From contig PRDH01000081.1 in the NCBI GenBank assembly GCA_003345545.1, forward strand, positions 1 through 64,000: a stretch of DNA of 64,000 nt. Direction: 5' to 3'. The stretch comes from Candidatus Thorarchaeota archaeon (GTDB lineage: Archaea > Asgardarchaeota > Thorarchaeia > Thorarchaeales > Thorarchaeaceae). The notes beneath the pieces are model-generated. The model had not been told where the DNA came from and did not search any database. It saw only the letters and a list, made by a program, of their open reading frames with translations. The number at the start of each line of letters is the position of its first letter. Positions within the stretch are counted from its first letter, which is position 1. Positions 28,240 through 36,355 of the stretch are shown piece by piece. Position numbers and translations under genes: made by a program.

Positions 28240-30468
28240 ATGTCAGAACAAGGACCAATCTATCTCGACTACAATGCTACTACACCCATCGATAAGGAGG
28301 TAGCAGCGGCGATGGCTCCCTATCTGTATCAGCACTTTGGAAATCCATCTAGCAGTCATCCGTACGGGACCACCACAAAACGAGCCATTGAAAATGCAAG
28401 ATCTCAGGTTGCAGGACTCTTGGGCTGTCAACCGTCAGAAGTGATATTCACAAGTGGTGGCACAGAGAGTAACAACTATGCCATAAAGGGCGCTGCCTTG
28501 GCCTCTAGAAATCGGGGCAATCATATCATCACATCAGCAATCGAGCATCCTGCTGTAGTAGAAGTCTGCGCGTGGTTGGAAGAACAGGGCTTTCGAATCA
28601 CTGTATTACCTGTCGACGAGTATGGTCTTGTAGACCCCATAGATCTGGAGAATGCGATTTCGCCAGACACCATTCTCGTCACAATTATGCATTCTAATAA
28701 TGAAGTGGGAAGCATTCAACCAATCTCGGAACTCTCAAAGATTGCACATCGCTATGGTGCGATTATGCATACTGATGCGGCTCAGTCAGTTGGCAAAACC
28801 CGCGTGAATGTGAATGAACTGGGTGTTGATCTACTCTCAGTAGCAGGACACAAGCTCTATGCTCCAAAGGGGATAGGTGTCCTCTATGTTCGCAGTGGCA
28901 CAGACCTGAAACAATTGATGCATGGCGCGGCCCATGAAGGTGGCCGCAGGCCTGGCACCGAGAATGTCCTTGAAATCGTGGGTCTGGGGCAGGCATCTGA
29001 AATCGCTGCGCGTGACCTTGACAAGAACATGGCGCATCTTCATGAAACGAGAGATAGGCTTTACAGCATTCTTATTGATGCGTTGGGCACTGATATGGTC
29101 AGGCTCAACGGACATCCTGAACACCGTCTTCCGAATACTCTGAGTCTTAGTTTTCGTGGCATTGAAGCCACCACGCTTCTCTCGGAAATCAGCAATAGAG
29201 TTGCAGCCTCAGCAGGTGCGGCTTGTCATGCTGATGAAGTTGACATATCTGCAGTTCTTCAGGCCATGAAGGTCCCAGTAGAATGGGCAATGGGCACAGT
29301 TCGTTTCTCCACGGGCAGGTATACAACTTTTGGGGAGATCGATGAAGCAGCACGAACCATAATCGATGCAGTTAGAAGACTGCAGCCCGAAACTGCTGGC
29401 ACTTCTCCTGAACCATCTTCCAAGGTAGATGATTATAGGCTTACAAGGTATACTCATGGTCTGGGTTGTGCCTGCAAACTCCGTCCCCAGGCACTTGAAG
29501 AGGTCCTACGTGGCCTACCAATGTCTAAAGACCCAGCTGTCTTGGTTGGAATAGAAACAGCAGATGATGCAGCGGTCTACCGCCTGAGCGACGAACTGGC
29601 AATAGTTGAGACCGTGGATTTCTTCACGCCAGTAGTAGATGATCCTTACTGGTTCGGTGCTATCTCTGCAGCCAACTCCCTAAGCGACATCTATGCAATG
29701 GGAGCAAAACCGCTCTTTGCATTGAACATTGTGGGATTTCCCTCTAGTAGACTTCCACTGTCTGTCTTACACGATATTCTTCGTGGAGCGCAGGACAAGG
29801 CTGACGAAGCTGGAATCAGTATCATCGGAGGTCATACTGTTGAAGATATAGAACCCAAGTTTGGTCTGGCTGTGACTGGTGTAGTCCATCCCGATAGGGT
29901 CATGCGTAATAGTACTGCACGGCCCCGCGATGTGCTTGTTCTGACGAAACCAATTGGACTGGGGATAATCTCCACAGCGGTCAAACGCGGGCTGGCTGAC
30001 AAAGAGACTGCAGAGAAGGCGACTCATCTGATGGCCACACTGAACCAGAAGGCCGCAGAGGTAATGATGGAAGTAGGAGCCAATGCATGCACTGATGTCA
30101 CTGGTTTTGGGCTCTTGGGGCACTTACATGAGATGGCTGCTGGAAGCGGCATGGATGTAAAGATTCGAGCAAGTGCGGTACCTGTGTTGAAAGAGGCACA
30201 GACTTTTGCTGGGGCTGATGTTGTACCAGGAGGAACCATCAGCAATCTAGAGTATGTTGAACCCTTCGTCGACTTCGCCTCAAACATATCTCGCACCACA
30301 AGACTAGTCCTAGCAGATGCTCAGACTTCAGGTGGGCTCTTGATCAGCTTACCTGCGAAGCGAGGTGAGCATTTGATTGAGCTGCTCAAATCATCTGGCG
30401 TGAATGATGCAGCAATAATAGGAACAGTGACTGGAAAGGGGACTGGACGAATTCTTGTCGAGCCCTAG
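28240..30468 (+). CDS. selD: Fused NifS-like cysteine desulfurase/selenocysteine lyase and selenophosphate synthetase SelD
   Basis: N-terminal YLDYNATTP, GHK PLP lysine, SAGAACH; C-terminal LTRYTHGLGCACK, DDAAV, TVDFFTP, NSLSDIYAMG, TDVTGFGLLGH, DAQTSGGLL, all in one uninterrupted ORF. Confidence 0.93.
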   Translation: MSEQGPIYLDYNATTPIDKEVAAAMAPYLYQHFGNPSSSHPYGTTTKRAIENARSQVAGLLGCQPSEVIFTSGGTESNNYAIKGAALASRNRGNHIITSAIEHPAVVEVCAWLEEQGFRITVLPVDEYGLVDPIDLENAISPDTILVTIMHSNNEVGSIQPISELSKIAHRYGAIMHTDAAQSVGKTRVNVNELGVDLLSVAGHKLYAPKGIGVLYVRSGTDLKQLMHGAAHEGGRRPGTENVLEIVGLGQASEIAARDLDKNMAHLHETRDRLYSILIDALGTDMVRLNGHPEHRLPNTLSLSFRGIEATTLLSEISNRVAASAGAACHADEVDISAVLQAMKVPVEWAMGTVRFSTGRYTTFGEIDEAARTIIDAVRRLQPETAGTSPEPSSKVDDYRLTRYTHGLGCACKLRPQALEEVLRGLPMSKDPAVLVGIETADDAAVYRLSDELAIVETVDFFTPVVDDPYWFGAISAANSLSDIYAMGAKPLFALNIVGFPSSRLPLSVLHDILRGAQDKADEAGISIIGGHTVEDIEPKFGLAVTGVVHPDRVMRNSTARPRDVLVLTKPIGLGIISTAVKRGLADKETAEKATHLMATLNQKAAEVMMEVGANACTDVTGFGLLGHLHEMAAGSGMDVKIRASAVPVLKEAQTFAGADVVPGGTISNLEYVEPFVDFASNISRTTRLVLADAQTSGGLLISLPAKRGEHLIELLKSSGVNDAAIIGTVTGKGTGRILVEP

Positions 30469-30605
30469 GAGTGCTGGAATCAAAGGAATGTGACGATAAT
30501 GAGATTCCGCACAATCCGCGTATCATAGTATCACGAGATAGTATCTGATTCATATTCACAACCTTTTTATCGCCAGCAAAGACAAACCGAAAACGCGAAC
30601 GCACT

Positions 30606-30712
30606 GGGCCCGTGGCTTAGACTGGTTATAGCGCCGCTCTGATAAGGCGGATATCGCGCGTTCAAACAGATAGGGAATTTCCCCTCTGGAATTCATCGCG
30701 TCGGGCCCACCA
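30606..30712 (+). tRNA. tRNA-Ile(GAT) with 29-nt T-loop intron (58/59; 30666-30694)
   Basis: Acceptor GGGCCCG/CGGGCCC, CCGCT-CTGATAA-GGCGG, GCGCG-TTCAA|intron|AT-CGCGT, CCA; central helix GTTC/GAAT with 3-nt bulges. Confidence 0.92.
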
Positions 30713-30718
30713 CTTCTT

Positions 30719-31093
30719 CTACTGCGACTGTTTTGACAGTTCACTGACTTGTCTCTCTCTTCTCAGAAACCGACCGACAAATACTGTATATGCTAGTGCC
30801 ATATTGATTCCAATGAGTATTGCTAGAGATACTATGAATACAGGGAGAAGAAGAGGGTCACTTGGATTTCCCTGAAATGTGCTTGCCAATATCAGGAGGA
30901 AAATGCCTGTCATTAGAATGAAAATGGCTGATATCAGCGTAATTCGACGATAGCTGCCAGCGGCAAAACACTTGAACGAGCAATACTGATGCCTGTTGCC
31001 GCTCCATACGATCTGCACTTCTGATTTTCCACACCAATCACATGTATATGGTGGCTCTTCGCCATCTATCCCCAGACACTCTCTAAACGACAC
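30719..31093 (-). CDS. Zn-finger (TRASH/FCS-like) 2-TM protein
   Basis: CDWC...YCSFKC followed by two hydrophobic helices. Confidence 0.6.
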   Translation of the reverse strand: MSFRECLGIDGEEPPYTCDWCGKSEVQIVWSGNRHQYCSFKCFAAGSYRRITLISAIFILMTGIFLLILASTFQGNPSDPLLLPVFIVSLAILIGINMALAYTVFVGRFLRRERQVSELSKQSQ

Positions 31094-31221
31094 AAATTCT
31101 TCCCTCTCTCTATTGGTGAAACTGGAGCCTAATGATTCTATTCGTGCTAGGTTCGGAGCAATTGCTCATTCTCTCTAGGACCTTATATTCGTAAGTCATC
31201 ACAGAGAATTGGGTCACAAGA

Positions 31222-31476
31222 ATGGATCTTACATTGCTTCTCCAGTCTCCATTGGCCAATTTTGCTCAGATGATTGGTCGGTATCTTGCCGAGATCTGGG
31301 ACTTTCTCATCTTCATCGGGCAGGTTTCAGGAGTCATAATTGTTCTTGCTGGAGCTATCCTCTGGTTCACTGAAACCAACCAGAGCAGGGGGAAGGGACT
31401 CGTCTTCAGTGGCATCCTTCTCTCGATTGTTGTGGAGTACTTCATCATCTTCCCGCCGAGTTTTGTCATCGCATGA
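31222..31476 (+). CDS. Small membrane protein, VirB2/TrbC pilin-like architecture
   Basis: Two hydrophobic helices joined by ETNQSRGK; TATA-like CTTATATT upstream. Confidence 0.55.
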   Translation: MDLTLLLQSPLANFAQMIGRYLAEIWDFLIFIGQVSGVIIVLAGAILWFTETNQSRGKGLVFSGILLSIVVEYFIIFPPSFVIA

Positions 31477-31714
31477 CTTGCGGTCCAGATTCAACCATCA
31501 CCATGGCTTTTCCCTTATCTTTCTGAACCTGGTCCAACGCATTCCTGAGCTCATTTCGTAGTAGTTCTATCATATCAGGAGCATTACAGGCTCCAAACTG
31601 ACCGTGATAGTCTCTGAACTCCTCGGGGTCCAGTAGTTTCAGAATCTTGTCGATTGCCTCAAGTTGTTCTCTGGAAAAATGAATCATGACCGATGAGAGA
31701 GCTGTATCTGTCAT
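31466..31714 (-). CDS. Hypothetical protein
   Basis: ATG preceded by GGAGAG; soluble 82 aa. Confidence 0.5.
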   Translation of the reverse strand: MTDTALSSVMIHFSREQLEAIDKILKLLDPEEFRDYHGQFGACNAPDMIELLRNELRNALDQVQKDKGKAMVMVESGPQVMR

Positions 31715-31929
31715 GCTCTCCAGTCTGCCATACTGGATTTATTCTCGTCAGAAATATCTAGGTGCTTATTAGATGGCATCATGATTGATTATTGTACGGC
31801 GCCACAGATTCCAAACTGCTTTTGCTGTCTGTCGTGTCCGCTTCCCGGCGGTGTGGCGCCCTCACCTCTTCTCGCTCAGATAATCACGCTTTAATGTACC
31901 ATTTCCCGCGCTCTCGCCAGAGGAAACGC

Positions 31930-32754
31930 TTGGTGACCGATAGTCAGATACTAATTGTGAAGAGTATTCATGAAATTGACGATAAGATGGTTTGCGAGCG
32001 CCTTGAAGGCTTAATCAAAGAGCCCTATGTTCTTGGCGTGATGTTGTGGGGGAGCAGGGCGACAGGCTTTGGAGCTCCGACAGCAGACTGGGATGCACTC
32101 ATCTATGTCACTGAGGAATATTATAACACTCTCAAGCTCAAGGACACAATCTGGTTGGAGTTCGATGAGTCTGTAGAGCCTCGCAAGCTGGTGATTGATT
32201 TCTCTCCTGTGTCTGACGCTTGGTTCAGACAGCAGATCGAATCTCCCCTTGATATGGACCACTTTCCATATGTCGAAGGTGTTGTGATTCATGATCCAAC
32301 GGGCAAGCTTGAGGAGTGGCGGAAGAGACTCGCTAGATATCCCGAGGAGGAACACCTCGACCGGCTCAAGAACAAGTACTGCACTCTGCTTGGTTCTTTA
32401 GGATATGCTGATATCAACAGCAGACGAGGCCACATATACGACTCGAAATTGAATGCTTTCCGCTCGGTCGTGGCTGCTGCCAATCTGTGGTTCACAATAC
32501 AGAAACAATGGACCCCTCCTCTGAAGTGGTGGACTCCCCATGTGAAGAATATGGGCATGTCTGAGGAAACCTACAAGTTGTTCTGTCACGCATTGGATGA
32601 TCCAAAGTTTGAAACTGCTCTTGAACTGTTTAAGAAACTGAAGCAGGAAATCCTTGAGAAGGACTATGATTTTCCCAACGATTCAATGTCAACCTTCCTC
32701 GAAACAATCCATGTGAACGGTCGTCCTGCCCAGATTCGTCACACCTATCTCTAG
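31930..32754 (+). CDS. Nucleotidyltransferase (Pol-beta superfamily) with helical C-terminal domain
   Basis: WGSRATG-x5-ADWD signature; start uncertain. Confidence 0.75.
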   Translation: MVTDSQILIVKSIHEIDDKMVCERLEGLIKEPYVLGVMLWGSRATGFGAPTADWDALIYVTEEYYNTLKLKDTIWLEFDESVEPRKLVIDFSPVSDAWFRQQIESPLDMDHFPYVEGVVIHDPTGKLEEWRKRLARYPEEEHLDRLKNKYCTLLGSLGYADINSRRGHIYDSKLNAFRSVVAAANLWFTIQKQWTPPLKWWTPHVKNMGMSEETYKLFCHALDDPKFETALELFKKLKQEILEKDYDFPNDSMSTFLETIHVNGRPAQIRHTYL

Positions 32755-32875
32755 ACAGCATTGGCGCTATATCACGGTCTTCTCTCTGAGAACAACCCTC
32801 TTGATGGCTCTCATCTTGAACGAAGAAGTAGCCGAGGCAGTGCTGCCCCAGAGCATTGATCAATAGCCCCTTCTA

Positions 32876-34762
32876 CTACAACTTCAGTCGAAAGACGTAC
32901 TCCTCATCCTGTATCGAGATCTTGCTCTCTACAACCTTGCCCGTCTTATGGATGAAACGAATCATCGGTTGGTTCTGAGGATGCACAATGGCGATGAATG
33001 CCTCAACCCCCTTACTCTTTGCAATCCTCATCAGATGATTCAACAGGAATGTACCTATGCCCTTGCCTTGGTAGTCATCGTTTATGAGCAGAGCAAATTC
33101 AGCTTCGTTGGTGCTCCTGTCGAGGACGTATCTGCCTGCTCCAATAATCCGTTCAGTTTCGCCATCTGTATCCGACTTTATCACTGCTACAACACTGATA
33201 TCACGGGACTGGTCCACATTATAGAAGTCCTGGAGTGTCTGCCTTCTTAGACTCCTCAGCGGGGTGAGGAACCTGAAGTAGATACTCTCCTCGCTGAGCC
33301 CATAGAACAGCTCTTTGATTCGGTCAGTATCGTCAGGTCGGATAAGTCTAAAGTGTACATCAACTGGTCCCTCGGGACCTTTGAATCTCTCAGTCATCTC
33401 ATACTCGGAGGCAAAGTACGTTCCCTGTACTAGAAACGGGACCTGATCCTCAAAGACATAGCGCATCTTCTTTGCGGCCTCAAGGAGCTCATTTCGGAAC
33501 TTGGGGTGTGCAATAGCTATGAGGGATAATACACGTTCTCGGATAGTCTTCCCATACATGTTTGCCAGGCCATACTCCGTTATTATTACGTCTACATCTC
33601 CACGAGTAGTTACGACGCCGGCTCCCTCGCTCAGTTGCGGAACGATTCTTGACACTGTTCCATCAACAGCTGTGGAGGGCAAACAAATGATGGCCTTCCC
33701 TCCCACAGACCTCTTGGCTCCTCGAATGAAGTCAACTTGTCCTCCGATTCCACTGTAGAACCTGTGACCAATCGAGTCTGCACAGACCTGACCCGTGAGG
33801 TCGACCTCCAATGCGGAGTTTATTGCGATCATCTTTCTATTCTGCCCGATGACGTACGGGTCATTGACATACGCTGTGTCATGGAACTGGAAGAGAGGAT
33901 TGTCGTCAATGTACTCGTACAGCTTGCTAGACCCCATGGCGAAGCTCGCTATCACTTTTCCCTTGTTGATTGACTTCTTCTTGTTGGTCACAATACCAGC
34001 GTCTATCAGAGGAAGCAGGCTATCACTGAACATCTCTGTATGGATGCCCAAGTCTCGGACTCCCGAGTCCAAAAGGTTGTTACATACAGACTGTGGGAGT
34101 GCTCCAATTCCAAGCTCAAGAGTCGATTCATTCTCAACCAGTCTTGCTACATATTTACCAATGAGGTCTACTGTCTCTGTAATCTCATCACCTTGGAACT
34201 CTCTCAGTGGTTCGTTGAAGGGGACAAGATAGTCAATCTCTCGTATATCTACGAACGAGTCACCATGTGTTATTGGCATTTTGTCATTGACCTGTGCTAT
34301 GACGATATCAGCACTCTCGGAGGCAGCTTTTGTGATATCCACTGAGATACCCAGGGAACAGTATCCATAGCGGTCGGGTGGGCTAATCTGTATCATGGCG
34401 ACATCGAGAGGCATTCTCTTCTGTCTGAAGAGGTCAGGAATATCGGACAGCATCATGGGTGTATAGTCCGCGCGTCCCTCTGCGACTGCATCTCTGATGT
34501 TTGCGCTGACAAAGAACGTGTTGTGACGGAACTGGCTCTGGAATTTTGGATCTGCAGAAGGTGTATCTCCAAGAGTGAGAAGGTGTACAATCTCGTTGTC
34601 TGCCATCTGGTCGGCATGAGCTGCCAATTCTTGCACAAGATGATATGGTACGCCGCATCCCGTTCCCAAGAAGATTCTCGATCCTCGCCTAATCTTCTTG
34701 ATGGCCTTTGAGGCTGTCAGGATTTTGCTCTTGTATTGTTCAGTCCAATCAACCGCGACCAT
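32876..34762 (-). CDS. Acetyl-CoA hydrolase/CoA-transferase fused to a GNAT acetyltransferase
   Basis: GIGALP, HTEMFSD (catalytic Glu), SGIGGQVDFIRGA, IAHPKFR; C-terminal AEFALLINDDYQGKGIGT GNAT motif A. Confidence 0.9.
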   Translation of the reverse strand: MVAVDWTEQYKSKILTASKAIKKIRRGSRIFLGTGCGVPYHLVQELAAHADQMADNEIVHLLTLGDTPSADPKFQSQFRHNTFFVSANIRDAVAEGRADYTPMMLSDIPDLFRQKRMPLDVAMIQISPPDRYGYCSLGISVDITKAASESADIVIAQVNDKMPITHGDSFVDIREIDYLVPFNEPLREFQGDEITETVDLIGKYVARLVENESTLELGIGALPQSVCNNLLDSGVRDLGIHTEMFSDSLLPLIDAGIVTNKKKSINKGKVIASFAMGSSKLYEYIDDNPLFQFHDTAYVNDPYVIGQNRKMIAINSALEVDLTGQVCADSIGHRFYSGIGGQVDFIRGAKRSVGGKAIICLPSTAVDGTVSRIVPQLSEGAGVVTTRGDVDVIITEYGLANMYGKTIRERVLSLIAIAHPKFRNELLEAAKKMRYVFEDQVPFLVQGTYFASEYEMTERFKGPEGPVDVHFRLIRPDDTDRIKELFYGLSEESIYFRFLTPLRSLRRQTLQDFYNVDQSRDISVVAVIKSDTDGETERIIGAGRYVLDRSTNEAEFALLINDDYQGKGIGTFLLNHLMRIAKSKGVEAFIAIVHPQNQPMIRFIHKTGKVVESKISIQDEEYVFRLKL

Positions 34763-34931
34763 CGTAGTTTCCTCTGTGAATGTGCTTCTCCCTTAGGCTC
34801 GCTATATAGGCATTTCCACATGGCATACTAAGCAAAGGGCGGTTGATTGTGTACCTAGAAGACGGAAGACTTTTAGTGCAGAACTATTCGCAAGCGATGT
34901 AGTATCTGACACATTACTAGGTGGATATCAT

Positions 34932-36197
34932 ATGTCGGAAGAAAAGATAGGAAATCGAAACCTGGTCGTACTCGGCGCAATCATAGTACAGCTCTGCCTT
35001 GGATCTATCTATGCATGGGGGATATTTCAGAATGAGCTGTACAGGCTTGACGGCTTGTATGGATGGGATAAGTTGTGGTCTAATCTGCCATTTGCAGCTG
35101 GTCTTGCATCATTTGCGATTGTCATGATATATGCTGGTCGCAGACAAGACCGTGTAGGCCCCCGTAAGGTTGCCACACTTGGGGGTGTCCTACTAGGAAT
35201 AGGTGTAATCCTCTCTGGATTAGTTGACATACTTGGGTTCGGAGCTGATATGGTTCAAGGTACACTGTATCTGATAATCACCTATGGTATCGTTGGTGGT
35301 GCTGGAATTGGGTTTGCCTACGTCTGTCCAATTGCAGCTCTTGTAAAATGGTTCCCTGACAAAAAAGGATTCATGACCGGAATCGCAGTTGCTGGTTTTG
35401 GTGGCGGTGCATTGATTTTCAACTTTGTTGAACAGGGTCTAATCAGTTACTTTGGATATGTCATTGGATATCCATTGATGATTCTTGGAGCAATCTATCT
35501 CATATTCACAGTACTCGGTGCTCAACTGCTAGTCAATCCCCCGGTTGGTTGGCTTCCTCAGGGCTTCACACCTCCCGCAACAACAGCGGACGGCAAAGGT
35601 ACAGGATGCGTGCCAGGTGTAATGATTCGAACGAGTAGTTTTTGGGTTCTCTGGTTGATGTTCATCTTTGCTGCAACAGCTGGTCTGATGACCCTTGGCA
35701 ATGTTGTATCAGCAGCTAGAGGCATCGATCTGACCATCACAGCGTTCATCGCCGCTCTGATTCCAAGTATTATGGCAATCTTCAATGCAGCTGGAAGAAT
35801 AGTCTGGGGGACAGTTTCTGATAGGATTGGGAGAATCTCTACCTTCATCATGATGTTCTCGATTCTTGCCTTAGCTATGTTTGGACTTGCATTCATTCCA
35901 ACAGGGACTTCATGGATTGTGATCACTCTCATAGCATCTGTTGTAGGATTCTGCTTTGGAGGCAACTTTGCTCTATTCCCATCCGCAACAGCAGATTACT
36001 TCGGCTCTGCAAACGTTGGTAAAAACTACGGTGTCGTCTTCACTGCCTATGGAATTGCAGGAATTACTGGTGCTCTAGTTGCAGGCACATTTGGTCAAGC
36101 CTTCGGCTACTCAATGGCCTTTCTTGTAACAGGAATTCTTGCCGTTATAGCAGTACTACTGACTTTCGCTCTAAAATCGTGCAGAAAGAATGCATAA
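34932..36197 (+). CDS. OFA-family (oxalate/formate antiporter-like) MFS transporter
   Basis: GSIYAWG, KWFPDKKG..TG, GRIVWG.VSDRIGR, NYG.VFTAYG. Confidence 0.88.
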   Translation: MSEEKIGNRNLVVLGAIIVQLCLGSIYAWGIFQNELYRLDGLYGWDKLWSNLPFAAGLASFAIVMIYAGRRQDRVGPRKVATLGGVLLGIGVILSGLVDILGFGADMVQGTLYLIITYGIVGGAGIGFAYVCPIAALVKWFPDKKGFMTGIAVAGFGGGALIFNFVEQGLISYFGYVIGYPLMILGAIYLIFTVLGAQLLVNPPVGWLPQGFTPPATTADGKGTGCVPGVMIRTSSFWVLWLMFIFAATAGLMTLGNVVSAARGIDLTITAFIAALIPSIMAIFNAAGRIVWGTVSDRIGRISTFIMMFSILALAMFGLAFIPTGTSWIVITLIASVVGFCFGGNFALFPSATADYFGSANVGKNYGVVFTAYGIAGITGALVAGTFGQAFGYSMAFLVTGILAVIAVLLTFALKSCRKNA

Positions 36198-36207
36198 TCA
36201 GTACCAT

Positions 36208-36254
36208 GAGAGGTCAGAGGATGTGAATTCTCCGACCTCTTGTCACTCTTTTTT
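36208..36254 (+). terminator. Hairpin plus T-tract terminator
   Basis: GAGGTC...GACCTC stem followed by T6. Confidence 0.5.
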
Positions 36255-36355
36255 GGGAACTAACCCTCTGAACAATTTCCGTTCCGATTGGACAAGCTTC
36301 ATATAGTACATTTCTTGTGGCCGGTCAAATCATCTACCGGATTTGGTGACCGATT

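Noticed and set aside
29440-29480. Selenocysteine (TGA) in SelD or read-through selenoproteins elsewhere
   Set aside because: SelD has TGT/TGC Cys codons. I saw no TGA-terminated ORF that continues into recognisable coding sequence and no convincing SECIS by eye.
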